Positions 1 to 14,129 of a stretch of DNA of 64,000 nt are shown here, in pieces. Position 1 is the first letter of the stretch. Each line of letters starts with the position of its first letter. The notes beneath the pieces are model-generated. The model searched no databases. It was not told the DNA's origin and saw only the letters and a program-made list of their open reading frames with translations. The stretch spans positions 25,732,001 through 25,796,000 of the forward strand of contig NC_058368.1 of assembly GCF_018350175.1 (NCBI RefSeq), in the 5' to 3' direction. The stretch comes from Felis catus (Eukaryota). Both the position numbers and the translations under genes were made by a program.

Positions 1-320
1 ACATTCATTGTAACAGTTAACATTAAAAACAAAAATTAGACAATGCTATTGGAGAAGAGTTGAAACAAAAAGAACTCACGTACATTGCTGACAGGAATAT
101 AAACTGGTATGACTCCTTTGAAAAACAGTTTGGGCTTATCAACTAGAAGAAAAAATAAATATACCCTGTGACCAAACAGAGTCCACACTTACGAATATGC
201 CTTTTAAAAATGTATGCACCAGGGCAATTATACAAATATGATAGCACTGATAATGAGCCACAAACTACAAACACGGCAAATATCCACTAATAGTAAAAAT
301 GGATAAACTGCGTTAAATAT
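1..320 (+). mobile_element. Old L1M ORF2 3' fragment
   Basis: Degenerate L1 motifs (tacattgctgacaggaatataaactggt; agcactgataatgagccacaaact; aatggataaactg). Confidence 0.65.
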
Positions 321-338
321 ATACTTTGGAATACAGCA

Positions 339-495
<157 letters not shown>

Positions 496-849
496 TGTAG
501 ATCAGTCTTAGAAAACAATGTTCAGTGACAAAAGCCAAACTAAAAAAGAGTGCATATTGTAGGATTCCTTTTTAACGATCATAAACAAAGTAAAATATAC
601 AGAATAGGAATGAAGACTTAAATGCTAAAATCATGAAAGAAAATCAAACTGATTATCATAAATGTCAATGATAACGGATACCTCTGTGGAGGAAGGAGTG
701 TACTATGATGGAGGAAGGATACCCAGCAGCTTCTGAAGAACTGGTCTTGTTCTATTCCAACTGTTTATGTTAATGTATCTTTTCTGCATGTGTTAGTGTT
801 TGCTTTTTCTAATGTTTGTTAAATTATCTATATTCTTATTTTTAGAAAT

Positions 850-1970
850 AGCCACTCAGGAAAATTTTGGCAGTTTCTTATGAAATTTAACACGTAATTA
901 CCATACGACCCAGCAAATGCACTCTTGGGCGTTTATCCCAGAGAAATGAAAACTTATGCTTACGCAAAAATCTATACACAAATGTTCATAGCAGCTTTAT
1001 TTGTAGTAGCAAAAAACTGGAAACAACACAGATGTCCTTCAATGAGTGACTAAATTGCGGTGCATCCATACCATGGAACACCCAGTGAAAGAAAGAAATG
1101 AACTACTGAAGCGTGTAAAACCTTGGATGAATCTCCAGGGAATTTAAGTGGGGAAAAAAAAGTACTTACATAATTTTTTAAATGATAAAATTATAGAAAT
1201 GGAATTAGCTATCAGGGAAATACAAATCAAACCCACAATGAGACTATTTCACACTCACTAGGATGGCTGTAATAAAAAGGACAGACTCTATCAAGTGTTG
1301 GTGAAGAGGTAGAGAAATCAGAACCCTCATACACTGCTAGTGGGAATGAAAAATGGCACAGTTGCCATGGAAAAGTCTGGCAGTTCTTCAAAAGGTTTAA
1401 CATAATGTTACTATATGACCTAGCATTCTACTCCTAGGTATATACTCAAGAGATCCAAAAACATAAGTTCATAAAAAACCTGTACACAAACGCTCTGAAG
1501 CAGCATTATTCATAATAGCCCCAAAGTGGAAACAATCCAAATGCCCATCAACTAATGAATGGATAAATAAAATATGGCATATCCATATGATGGAATATTA
1601 TTCAGCAATAAAAAACTGAAGCATTAATGGTAAATCATGGATGAAACCTGGAAATATTATGCTAAGTGAACAATGCCAGTCACAAAAGACCAAATATGTA
1701 TTGTATGATTCCATTTATGTGAACTGTCCAGAACAGTTAAATATAGCAAGACAGAAAGTAGGTTAGTGTTTGCCTTGGCTTAGGGGACTGGAGTGAGAAT
1801 AACAGGTGACTGCTTATATATGGGGTTTCTTTTGGGGGTGATAAAAATGTTCTTAAAAAGACTGTGGTGCTGGGTACATGTCTCTGAATATACTAAAAAA
1901 CACTGACTTTAAATGGGTAAGTTGTATGGTATATGAATTATACCTCAATAAAGCTGTTATATAAAAAAAG
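850..1970 (+). mobile_element. Old L1M (L1MB-like) 3' end fragments, two adjacent pieces
   Basis: taccatacgacccagca, caaatcaaacccacaatgaga, tggaatattattcagcaataaaa; ends tacctcaataaagctg. Confidence 0.85.
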
Positions 1971-2001
1971 ACAATATAATGAAAATACTCCTTTTCATTT
2001 T

Positions 2002-2225
2002 TTTTTTTTAATTTTTTTTTCTCAACGTTTATTTATTTTTGGGACAGAGAGAGACAGAGCATGAACGGGGGAGGGGCAGAGAGAGAGGGAGACACAGAAC
2101 CGGAAACAGGCTCCAGGCTCTGAGCCATCAGCCCAGAGCCCGACGCGGGGCTCGAACTCCCGGACCGCGAGATCGTGACCTGGCTGAAGTCAGACGCTTA
2201 ACCGAATGCGCCACCCAGGCGCCCC
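2002..2225 (-). mobile_element. Young felid SINE (SINEC_Fc-type) with perfect TSD
   Basis: Full head, CpGs retained; TSD actccttttcatttt at 1987-2001 and 2226-2240. Confidence 0.96.
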
Positions 2226-2878
2226 ACTCCTTTTCATTTTTAAGATAAATAATATTAAGTTTACTTACAGATGAAATAGGAAATTATGAAAAATTCAGAA
2301 ATATTATGCTTAAGCAGAAAACAGACAGTTTTCATTTTGGAGCTTTTATTTTATATTATTATTTTTTTAATGGGAGAGAAAAGAGCAATCCATAAAGAGA
2401 GAGTAGGATCTAAGGACCATACTAAGGTATGCACAGATGAAGTAACAGACGTGGAATTTGCTTTAAAGGAATCCAGCAGTTGATAAAGAAGGTAGAAAAG
2501 GGAGTAAAAGGTATATAGAGATTCATATACTATTCTCTCTACTATGTTTGAAATTTTCCATTAAAGAAATTAAAAGTATAACCTTAAGCACCAAACTTCC
2601 AGACAAATAATTATTTAAAATATTAGAAAATCAGTTTTACAAAGATATCTATGGTTCTATAGAAATGGCATAAAAATCAATTTTCTAATAAATCTGATTT
2701 TCTGAAGGCCTTACACAGCACCAGAGTATCCCTCAAAATAAGGCAGTGCACTTTATAATGGAAATTCTTAACAATTTGTATCAAATATGCACTGTCTGAT
2801 TAAATCTAAAACAGACTAAGATTTGTTTCTTACTATTTATAAAACATCACTACACTCAGGTAACAATCTGCACCGTCA

Positions 2879-3085
2879 GGGCACCTGGGTGGCTCAGTCA
2901 GTTAAGTCGTCCGACTCTCAGTTTCGGCTTGGGTCATGATCTCACGGTGTCATTGGTTCGAGCACCACATCAGGTTGTACTCTGATGGTGTGGAGCCCGC
3001 TTGGGATTCTCTCTCTTTCTATCCCTCCCCTAATGCTTTCTCTGTCTCTCTCAAAATAAATAAATAAATAAACTTAAAAAAAAAA
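2879..3085 (+). mobile_element. Carnivore SINE
   Basis: ggggcacctgggtggctcagtc head, CT tract, aaataaa tail. Confidence 0.9.
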
Positions 3086-4446
3086 ATCTGCATAGTCAAT
3101 CAGACAATATACCAACCAAGACAATTAAAAACTGACTCCAAGTAAGGGCTACTAATTAATACAACTGAAAGGAACTGATACAGAATTATAAACACTATTA
3201 AAGCTAATTCTTTTCACTTAAGAGTAATCGCATGGAACAATGATCTTAAAATGCAAAAAATCCTCCACAAACGTATTCAAAGCAAATTAAATTTAAATTA
3301 AATGACAAATATTTAAGTGCTAAGATACGAGAAGTACTGTGTATTGTGTGAATAAAAGTAATGGGAGAGAATATAAAACAGTCACTAGTAGCGAATGAGG
3401 TACTTGCCTGCTAGAGTGAACAAAGCTAATAGCTGTCTTTCGAAAAATACTATACCCAAAAGTGATCAAAACACTCCTCATTCTTCAGTATGAGCAATAA
3501 AAGATGAAATAAAAATGTATATAAAATATTTATAGCTGCATGACAATTAACTTCAAAATGAAACTGAGTCTCTTATGAGAACATGGTAGCCCAAAAAAGC
3601 ATGAGGGCCTGGCAGATTCCAAGGGTTACTGGAAGTAACTCCAAAGGAGTACTTTTCTCTCCTTTTTTTTTCCAAACCTTCATTCTAATAGCACTGTCAG
3701 TCTTTGAGACGCCCTGTACAGCAGCCCCTACCTCCTAGACTGTGAAGACGCTGCCACCCCTCAACACTCCCAAAGCGTGTTCACCGAAACTGACACACTT
3801 TCAAGAGCTACCATTTTCCTTTATCAAAGTAGCAGAAAGCAGTCATCATCACAGCTTGATCCACTCTCCAATGCGTACCTGTATCTAGTGCCATGTCTCC
3901 TCGCTCCGTGCCTCAGCCTTTCCGCTCTGGCAGTGTTCCAGATCCATCATGCTCTCGGCCTCTGCACAGGCTGCTTCAGCACGCAACAGGCATGCTGTGC
4001 TTGCTTGTGCATACCCACACTAATACTTCAGGTGTTAACTCAGACGCTAGGTTCTCAGTGAAGCTTCCGTCTCATTCAAGATAATTTGGCTGCTTCCTCT
4101 CTTGCTCCCATGGAACCTCTTCCCCCTCCCACCCAATTTTTAGACACTAACTCTTTGAGGATGGGAACTGTATCTTTTCAAAACAGTTGGTTCTCAGGAC
4201 ACGGGGGTAATAGCGATCTCATAGAGGGTGGTCAAATTAAATCTGCTCACCCCACATCATGGTACCTATTTTCCCTCCCAGAATTTTTGAGGATCACGTG
4301 ATAGTTTATTCAGAAAGTATTTCGTAAAGCACTGTGCAAATGATGTTTTTATAGGCTAAACTTATCTTTCAGACAGTAAACCACTGCTTTTTATCTGAAA
4401 CTATAGTTGAAAAAAACCAAACAGCCCACTGGTCTCTACCGTTGAA

Positions 4447-4788
4447 TTTTTTTTTTTAATTTTTTTAAGTTTATTTATTTATTCTGAGAGACAGAGAGAG
4501 TGCAAACGGGGGAGGGATGGAGAGAGAGGGAGAGAGAGGCAGACAGAGGGAGAGAGAGAGGCAGAGAGAGGCAGAGAGAGGGAGAGAGAGGGAGAGAGAT
4601 GGAGAGACAGGGAGAGAGATGGAGAGACAGGGAGAGAGATGGAGAGACAGGGAGAGAGAGAATCCCAAGCAGGCTCTGCACTGACAGTGCATAGCCCAAA
4701 GCGGGGCTCAAACACAAAACAGAGAGATCATGACCTGAGCCGCAACCAACAGTCAGACACTTAACCGACTGAACCACCCAGGTGCCCC
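4447..4788 (-). mobile_element. Carnivore SINE with expanded GA tract containing a 20-bp tandem unit (ggagagacagggagagagat, about 3 copies)
   Basis: SINE head at 4788; tandem unit read at about 4601-4660. Confidence 0.9.
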
Positions 4789-5863
4789 TCTACCACTTAA
4801 TTTCTTAATTCCCTAACCAAATAAGCTATGAGATTCCATTCCTAAGATGGGTATGGTAACCTTCAGGAATATTAAGGTTCTCCATTTGGGAATTTTTTTT
4901 TTTTTAATTTCCTCTAACTTCAAATGGATAGGAAAATCTACAGTGTTCAAAAATGGTTCCTTATAATTTGCTTAAGAGGTACACAATATCAGAATGCTTT
5001 GCAACAGTCATTCAGGACCGCCAAATTACTTACAATTATTTCTTTTAGTTTTGTCTAGACTCCTAAAGCAAGAACTACAGAGCCCATTATCATTCTGTCC
5101 TGTGTCCAAAGATATATAGCTTGTCTTTTTACTCACCTCTTCACTTTTTTGCTATTCTTACCATCGCAGGAAAGACATGGGCGTGAAGTAAAGAAACTGG
5201 TCTCTGGTTCTATTTCTCAAAATCATTCAAAGTAATCTGTTACCTCAGAAAAAGGAAACTATCTCAAACCCACAAGTTGTCAGGTGTGGGGCAGGTAAGA
5301 GAAGCATGTGAAACAAGTGAGTACGAAATAAGGAATAATGGCTACCAGTCCAACCATCCTGAGAATGATTGCCCTGCTTAAAATCATCAAAGTTCATTAA
5401 AAACAAAACAGTAAGCAAGCAGATAAAAAAGGCCTACAGGTTGGATTCAGTTTCTTACCCCAGCACTATTTTAGGAGCTATAACACACATAAACTCTTGT
5501 GTTATACTGCTGAATTCACCCCTGAACTCGGTAACGCTTAAGCACTTCCTCTACCTTTAAAATTAAACTCAAAGAAAAGAACCATAAGAGCCATGTTTTC
5601 CAAATTAGAGAACACTACAACTGGGAAAGATCATTTTCAATAGAACAGAGTTTGCCAGCCCCTATTTTACTCTGAATAATGAACCAGTAACTTTGAATAT
5701 TTTGTCCTAAAACATCTTTGGTCTAGTACTTAAACTCCACCAACAGTCTATGACTTTTTATTTTCCCAATATACTCTCCTTTTATCTGTGCAGCACAGTC
5801 ACTATCGTTAGTGTCTGAGTTACCATTATTAATAAAATGAGTTCTCTTCCGATCAATATCCTA

Positions 5864-5864
<1 letters not shown>

Positions 5865-5912
<48 letters not shown>
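5865..5912. repeat. (CA)n microsatellite
   Basis: Read directly. Confidence 0.97.
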
Positions 5913-5916
<4 letters not shown>

Positions 5917-6219
5917 ATCCTCCTATTCGGAAATGGTCTGGGTCAAAAGGCAAGTCTCCTCCACTAATGTCAGCAAATTACTATTTAAACAGCACTCCTT
6001 CTAATTCTGTAAATTTAGCCAAGATGATTCTACTGGTTGAAGTAGCCATGGATGTACCACTCTCCAATGATATGTAAACCACAGGACAGACACATCTTGT
6101 GCTACAGAGTCAATCTCAGGTTCCCAATCAAATATCACATGGTAAGCTTCTAGGGAAATCCAAATCAAATCAGAGATAGTAAGATGTTAACTCTACAGTT
6201 TTACTGTACTCTGCAGGCA

Positions 6220-6697
6220 GGGTAGACCCTAATCCAAAATGACTGGTGATCTTCTAAGAAGAAACTTGGTCACAGAACCACACACCAGGGGCGTCTGTGC
6301 ACAGAGGATCAACCACGTGAAGCAGCAGCAAGATGGTGGCCATCTGCAGAAACCATCATGCTGCCACTTTCATTTTACTTTTTTCAAGATTCATTCATTC
6401 ATTCATTGAGAGAGAGAGACACAGAGAGAGAGAGAAAGAATGTGAGCATGAGGAGGTAATGGGCAGAGAGAGGGAGAAACAATCCCAAGCAGGCTCCATG
6501 CCCGAGGTCAATCTCACAAACCATAAGATCAAGACCTGAGCCAAAACCAAGAATTGGATGCTTAACCGACTGAGCCACTCAGGCATCTTGGCACCTTGAT
6601 GTTAGACTTCTGGGCTCCAGAACGGTGAGAAAATAAATGTGTTCTTTAGGCCACTCAGTCTGTCCTTTTTGTTACGGCGCCCTAGCAAACTCATACA
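6220..6697 (+). mobile_element. MLT1-type (ERVL-MaLR) LTR interrupted by a minus-strand SINE (about 6385-6587)
   Basis: ccctaatccaaaatgactggtg ... gcaccttgatgttagacttctgggctccagaacggtgagaaaataaat ... gccctagcaaactcataca. Confidence 0.8.
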
Positions 6698-8470
6698 ATG
6701 TGATTTAATACCTGTAATTTAATTTTCTGAACCAACTAGGAGATCTGGTGCACAGATTTTTACAAAAATGTGCTTTCAGGGTGCGTGGATGGCGCAGTCG
6801 GTTGAGTGTCCAACTCTTGATAAAATCAAGGTCATGATCCAAGGGTTGTGGGACAGCATGGAGCCTGCTTGGGATTCTCTCTCTCTCCCTCTGCCCCTCT
6901 CCCCTGCTCGCAAACACACTCTCTCAAAGAAAAAAGAAAAAGAAAAATGTGTGTTCTTCTTGTGCTTTGCTTTAATAAAAATTTTACTGAAATATAACCT
7001 AAATTTTAAAAAAGTACACGAGTCATAAGTTTACAGCTTTGATGAATTTTCACAAAGTGAACACATTCCTATAACCACTGCTCAGATCAAAATGTAGAAC
7101 ACTGAAAGCTGTGCTTTGATTCTGAATTCATACATTCATTACAGAATTTGCTATACAATCTCTTACATATCATGAGTGACACTGTTTCCTTTCTAATAGA
7201 ATTGTTTAACTTTCAAGCATAAGTCTTACTGTGGACATAACCCATCTAGAAATACTGCAGTATTAGAAATACTAAACTTCATAAGGACTAATATGTTAAA
7301 AACAAGCAAACCAGAATCATGGTTCTAGCACTGAAGATTTTACTGATTTTTCTTTGACACAAAGAGACTACAGTTATCTCTGTGAGACAGTCTGGTAAAC
7401 TTACCATTACACAGTTTCCAATTAGTTTTTCTTTCTCCCACTTAACATATTTTAATATTTTTCTATCTGACAAGACTTAGAAGCAAGTAAAAGCTTTGCT
7501 GGAAGGTGAATGTCAGCTGAATCGGTGATGCAGTTAATTTATGTGAATTAATTTTCATGAATTTTATAGTCTTGGAATAAGACAGTTTCTCACAAATGAT
7601 AGTTTCTTCAGCTAATGAGGTACTGTGTATACATATTTTCCCCTTGCAACTGTCTTCCTGAATAAAGTATATTCCATGGGACAGTTCTATGACTTTGAAG
7701 TAGTTATTTCCAAAAGCTGGAAACAGAGAATGTGCATATCTAAAAGACTAGGGGCTGAAGTCAGAAAAGCATCCGAGGGCATCTTCTTGAGGTCGTAACA
7801 ACAGTTCACGGAGGCACTGGAGACGTCCAAATGAATAGAAGGGTAGGGATGGGAAGGACGTGTTTATCACACAGCGAGATTGAGTCCCATTAGGGGAACT
7901 AATGAAAGCCTAGTGAAGCAGAGTCAGTCATACGGGGTGGGAGCAGAGGTAGGTGAGGAAGACGGTCGGTCAGAATGGGAATAGGCAGCTGACTGAGAGG
8001 GCAGCAGAAACAGGCAATGAGTAGGGGAGAGAAAATGTCTGCAAGGACACAGCATGAAAAACAACAATGTGTTCTAAAAGTACATCTCGGCTTCCTCCTT
8101 TACATCTTCCTGAACCTCAGTCTTAGGATATTTGGGTCTATTAAAGTATGCTTTATGTGCAGTATCCCTAGGAATCACAGTAGGGTTTAAAGCCATTTGG
8201 GCGCACAGACACTCAAAAAGCTGAGGGTCAAAGAACACATCAGTGCCAGTTATACTAGTGAGTTACACTTATACAGTTACAGTTATACAGCAAGTTACAC
8301 TTATCAGTGTAAGTGGTAAGTTGTGAAGTATGGCACTAAGTAACTTAATAAAAATTGTAATACCACGTTTGGTCCATGATTTTTTCAAAGGTGGGGTATA
8401 TGTCAAGGTCATCTCTATAAAGACACGATTTCCAATTTCTAAATAAAGGTAAAGCTACAGTTTATTCTCT

Positions 8471-8950
8471 GAATCCTGATTTGGATTCTTCCAGAAGCTG
8501 ACTCTAAGACACGGTTTTAAAGTTCCGGTAACTTATTTGTGAGATGATCCCAAGAAACTTTGAAAGATGGCTGGGGAAAAGAGACAGGAAGAGGAAAGAA
8601 ATTACTTAAGAGATGAGTCTAGAAAATTGGTACCAACTACGTATCACTGTGGAAAACTTGTTTAATCTTGCTACAGACATTGTAGGACATGTGTCCAGAG
8701 TTACCCCACTTGAGGGTTAAGGGAGTTGGGTATTTACCCACCAGTTCCTGTCAGATACTGGCTGAGAGCGGTTCTCAGAGTGAGTGTTAACACCCTAGCA
8801 TTTCTGACTAGCCCTCCATGAAGGCAGAGTGGCTGGCAGTAGAGAAAACATTCAGGAAGACACACAGATGTTGAGATCTAGAAGTTGGCCAGTGTGCACA
8901 GAAATGGCAAGGGAAGAAAGACTACGGGCAAGCACTGAGCGTCATGGTAT
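8471..8950 (-). mobile_element. LTR33-like old ERVL LTR
   Basis: ggattcttccagaagctgactctaagacacgg ... ttatttgtgagatgatcccaagaa resembles the reverse-strand end of LTR33-type LTRs. Confidence 0.55.
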
Positions 8951-9878
8951 TATGCCATAATCCCCAGCCGTGGGACACTGTCCCTAATTTGGGAATGTAA
9001 GAAAAATCACCCTTCACCTAGAAGCTGCAGAAAAAGGACTGTGCACTGCTCTAAATCACCAGACATTTTCCTCTGCTAAACAGCATAGGTGTTCCTCTCA
9101 AGAAACTGTTGAGCTATGGTACATGACAAGTGACACAGTAAGGAAAAACCTGCAAGATCCTCACAGTCATTAAGGTTTGCCTCAGTTATGAAAACGAAAC
9201 CGAAGCTGTAAACAATCCTGCGCAGTGTGCTGTTTTTCTGTATGAGCAGAGAAGGCTACAACTTCTAACCATAAAATATTCTCAAGAAAGACGGACTCTT
9301 TTAGAGGGGGAAGGGGGGAAAATGTGAACACTGAATGTGTCCGTAGGGTTTCCCCCACTTTTTCTTCTGGAAGAGCTAATGGTACAGTGTAAGCAGGAAA
9401 TTGTGGACCAATACACATACATAGGGTTCTTAAAAAAATAATAATCACCAGCTACATGTCTTTTCAAACACAGCAGTCTTTTAGAGCATGCTGGCTCTCT
9501 ATCAGTGTTTCACCTCTGGCCAGGCCACAGCTGTCGAGTTCTAACAGTTGGTAAGAACACAGAGGAAGGAGTTTCTATTTCAGAACTTAAAAACGTTTTA
9601 CTGAGTTGTTTTGCATTAAAGACACATAAATTCAAGTTACTTTCAAGAGATTTTAAACTTAAATTCAACTTAAAGGAAACAGGTTTCTCTGTTCCTCATC
9701 AATCTCTTTTACATTGCAAGAAATATTCTAAATCAAGGTTTATATACAAACTGAATATAATATCCCCATTGTTTATATTGACAGATAGGGATACACTCCC
9801 TATCCATATTATATGTAGTAAATTAACGAATATTTTTTTATTCCATTCATCACATAAATTCTTATACCACCTGCTTTT

Positions 9879-9882
<4 letters not shown>

Positions 9883-9925
<43 letters not shown>

Positions 9926-10113
9926 AAGTTTATTCATTTACTTTGAGGGAGAGAGAGCATGAACAGGGGAAGGGGCAGAGAGAGAGGGAAAGAGAGAATC
10001 CCAAGCAGGCTCTGCATCATCAGCACAGAGCCTGAACTCATGAACCGTGAAATCATGACCTGAGCCGAGACCCAGAGTTGGACGCTTGACCAACTGAGCC
10101 ACCCAGGCACCCC
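9883..10113 (-). mobile_element. Carnivore SINE whose tail carries a (TG)n microsatellite (9883-9923)
   Basis: Head complement cacccaggcacccc ending at 10113. Confidence 0.9.
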
Positions 10114-10798
10114 TATTTTAGTGTTAACCTTTGTTTTAAAAGCCCTCTTTCTTCAGAGTTTGGGCAGACTGAATTAAGATTTCCTTCTTCCTAAATGTAT
10201 CTGGTTAACTGTATGTAACTTTAACCATATACAATCTGAAAATAACCCAAACACATTCAATAAACACTGCTTAAGTATACCCCCCAGCAACAATGTCGCA
10301 AGTTAGACATCAGCACCTCAGTACAACTTAGAATGATTTCTTTTCTGTCATTTCTTTTTATTTTAGTTGCCACACAATGTTCTGTCACTTCTTTATCAGC
10401 CAAATTCCTTAGACAGTTCTACAGAGAGTGCTTCATGCCTTCACAGTAATATAAATGACTTGATGAATTATATTTTCTCCAGTGGTACCTTTACAAGTGA
10501 ACACTGTGAGCTGTGCAGATGCAAATCACTGTGCCTTCAGATAGAACTGAACCATGTATCAGAAGAGGAGAAAAATCAGGAAACATTGGAATTTGAGCAT
10601 TATAGCTCCCAATGACTAGATCTATAATGATATTGGAATTACTGTTTTTTGGGGTTTTGTTGGTTTTTTTTTTTTTTTAGGTATCCTAACAATGTTGTGG
10701 TTATTTATTTACAAAAAAAGGAATCCTCACGGAGATACATACTGAAGAATTTTAGGAGAGAATAATATACTGTGTGAGATTTTCTTTAAAATACTCCT

Positions 10799-11235
10799 GG
10801 GGTGCTTGGGTGGCTCAGGCAGTTAAGAGTCCGACTCCAACTCAGGTCATGATCTCATGGTTTGTGGGTTTGAGCCCCACATCAGGCTCTGTGCTGACAG
10901 CCCAGAGCCTGGAGCCTGCTTCAGATTCTGTGTCTCCCTCTCTCTCTACCTCTCCCCCGCTCGTGCTCTGACTCTCTCTCTCAAAAATAAATAAACACTG
11001 GAGTGCCTGGGTGGCTCAGTTGGTTAAACATCTGACTTTGGCTCAGGTCATGATCTCACGGTTCATGGGTTCGAGCCCCACATTGGGCTCTGTGCTGTCA
11101 GCCCAGAGCCTGGAGTCTGCTTCAGATTCTGAGTCTCCCTCTCTCTCTCTGCCTCTCCCCAGCTCGTGCTCGGACTCTCTCTCTCTCTCTCTCTCTCAAA
11201 AATAAACATTAAAAAAATAAAAATAATAAATAAAA
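10799..11235 (+). mobile_element. Two SINEs head-to-tail, the second in the tail of the first
   Basis: Outer TSD aaaata(c/g)tcctg; second head near 10999. Confidence 0.9.
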
Positions 11236-11554
11236 TAGTCCTGTGAGGTACAAAGGGCAGTAGCTGTAGTACAGCTGAAACAAGACTGACTATACTATTT
11301 CTCTCCTTTTGTATATGCTTAAAATTTTTCCACAATGAAAAGTTAAAGAAAATATGAGGGTGGAGAAGAGAAAAACAAGTTTAGTTTTCTTTCCTGGTAA
11401 GTTTTTATCATGAAAAGCCCTATAGATAATTCTTCTCTACTAATACACTAATATATAAGTGAGAAATCTGCCACATTTCAACTTTGTACTGCTTTTTTCT
11501 CCTTCCTAAACCTAAACTTTCAAGCTTGAAATTTAAGAATTAAATCAAGCTTGA

Positions 11555-11767
11555 GGGGCATCTGGGTGGCTCAGTCGGTTAAGCGGCCGACTTCGGCTCA
11601 GGTCATGATCTCGCGGTCCGTGAGTTCTAGCCCCACGTCGGGCTCTGTGCTGACAGCTCAGAGCCTGAAGCCTACTTCAGATTCTGTGTCTCCCTCTCTC
11701 TGACCCTCCCCTGTTCATGCTCTGTCTATCCCTGTCTCAAAAATAAATAAACGTTAAAAAAAAATTT
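11555..11767 (+). mobile_element. Felid SINE with 19-bp perfect TSD
   Basis: agaattaaatcaagcttga at 11536-11554 and 11768-11786. Confidence 0.95.
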
Positions 11768-12522
11768 AGAATTAAATCAAGCTTGAATTAGAGTGGATGA
11801 GGTAGAAGGTGACAACCCTTTAAATGTAAGAATTTTTTCAGGGGCAATAAAAAGCCATGTTTAAATCACCATGTTTTTTTGCTCTACGATCCTTCATCAG
11901 TTAGAACTTACACAAAGAAAAATGTACTTTTGTGGTCATAGTAAATACCCGAAAGTGTTTTAAAGAAGTATTCTGACAAACAATGGCTAATGAAAAAAAT
12001 ATGGTGCTTAAGAGTAGATATTTTGGGGTTACCTGGGTAGGTCAGCAGGTTAAGCATCCAACTCAATTTTGGCTCAGGTCCTGATCTCCTGATTCCTGAA
12101 ATCAAGCCCCATCTAGGGCTCTGTGCTGACTGGGTGGACCCTGCTTACAATTCTCGCTCTCCCTTTCTCTCTGCCCCTCCCCCCATCAGGCTCGGGCACT
12201 CTCCCTCTCTCAAAACAATAAACTTTAAAAAAAAAATTTAAGGACAAAATAGAAAATTCTTAAACATCCATATAAAGCTAAAACCTCAAGGGCAGTCCCC
12301 TAAAAGCACACAAATTTCTTCTGACACAACAGAAGAAAAGCAGCAGGAGGAGCAGCAGGAGGAGAAGGGAAAGCAGAGAACAAAAGCAACTACTGGGAGG
12401 TGAACAGGTTTTGGTCACTGCTGCTGGCTCCTTCAAAAAAAAAAATTATTTCATGACCTCAGTACCATCATTAGCTATATCAAATAGCTGGTCTGCTAAA
12501 AATAACAGTTTCTCTTATGAGA

Positions 12523-12710
12523 CCATGATTTCTTGTCCTTGGCACTAACTGACATTTTGGGCTCAGTAGTTATTTGTTGCAAGGGGCTGTCCTGTGCACA
12601 GTAGGATATCTGGTGGCATTCCTGCTCATTAGATGCCAGTAACAAGTCAACTGTGACAACCAAACACATCTCTAAAAGCTGCCAAAGTTGTCCCCAGGTA
12701 GGAACCACTG
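12523..12710. mobile_element. MER20 (hAT-Charlie MITE)
   Basis: ggcactaactgacattttgggc ... ggggctgtcctgtgcaca ... tgtgacaaccaaacacatctct ... gaaccactg terminus. Confidence 0.8.
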
Positions 12711-13574
12711 CACTAGATAGTTATTAAAGATATATACCTGGAGGTGGCAGGTTAAAAATATATTCATAATCTACAGACGATGATCAGACAGGTTATTTTT
12801 GATTCTGCAAGGCAAATCCAATAGGGAATTGAAGAAGGAACTGAGGTTTACACCAGGTAAAACTATCACTGTGATAAAAAACCAAAACAAAAGCAGCGGC
12901 ATATAGCCTTATAGAACTTTGGGAGGTAAAATCCAGCAGGGCAATGATGGGGCAGGAGTGCAAATGTGTATGAATAAAGTCAACTTGTACCTGTTTATAG
13001 AAGTAGCTCTTTTCACAGACAGCATGTTACAAAATGCACCATAAATCCCTAAAAGTGGGTGAAGACATACAGGATTCTTTTTATTATTCTACACCAGTGT
13101 ATGTGTGAAATACAAAATAAAAAGTTAAATCTCTTCTATTCTATTTCTCCCTTTCTTTTTTTAATGTTACCTTTTAATCAGGAAACTGATCTTGCGGTCA
13201 CGGTGAAAACCACTAGTATGAGGATTAAGGGCACAAGCTTATAAGCTGCATGATATTAGTCAAGCTATATCCTACGTAAAGCCCATTTCTCTCATCAATC
13301 AAATAAAATAACAATGGTACCTACCTCAGGCTTGCTGCATGAAATAAAGGAAATAATTCATGTAAAGTGCTCACCATAGTCAACAAAATACGTGCTTGGA
13401 GATTACCTATTTCTGTTACTTTTCACTGCTTAATGGTAAGAAAGATGTAAATGTTGTAAATATTTATGCCTTAATAAAAACCTCCTTCAATTCTTCCAGA
13501 CCAAATAGTTACAAGAATATAAAATGACACAAGGCACTTTGCATCACAACCTGTGTAGTCAAGAATATAGTTCA

Positions 13575-13787
13575 GGGATGCCTGGGTGGTTCAATCGGTT
13601 AAGCGTCCAACTTCAGCTCAGGTCATGATCTCGCGGTCCGTGAGTTCGAGCCCCGCATCGGGCTCTGTGCTGACAGCTCAGAGCCTGGAGCCTGTTTCAG
13701 ATTCTGTCTCCCTCTCTCTCTGACCCTCCCCTGTTCATGCTCTGTCTCTCCCTGTCTCAAAAATAAATAAACATTAAAAAAAAAAAA
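13575..13787 (+). mobile_element. Felid SINE with TSD aagaatatagttca
   Basis: TSD read on both flanks. Confidence 0.94.
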
Positions 13788-14129
13788 AAGAATATAGTTC
13801 AAATGTAGGTTTCAAATTCATTTTGGTAGCCCTTCCTATTCTGTTGTGATGTAGCTTTTTACCAGGGCTGGTATCCTATAAGTGGGACTAGTGAGGCCGT
13901 GGGAGAAGTGGCTGTTACTTTTTTACATGAAAGCCTTTGGTGTCCTATGCATCTTTAAAAATTTTTTTAAATATGTATGTGACTTACATTTTATTTCTAT
14001 TGGACAGCACTTTAAAGATTCTACACCCACTGTGGAGCTCAAATTTACAAACCAAAGATCAAGAGTCCCATGCTCTACTGACTGAGCCAGACAGGTGCCC
14101 CATGCACGTTTTATAAAATAAAGAATGTG

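Noticed and set aside
2039..2248. Recurrent short ORFs such as MGQRETEHERGRG... and MAQ.VK..T.AQVMIS... across the window
   Set aside because: Translations of SINE consensus sequence, not genes
9505..9927. 140-aa plus-strand ORF (also 32340-32714, 124 aa)
   Set aside because: Non-ATG starts, no recognisable homology or splice context; the first ends in a (TG)n microsatellite
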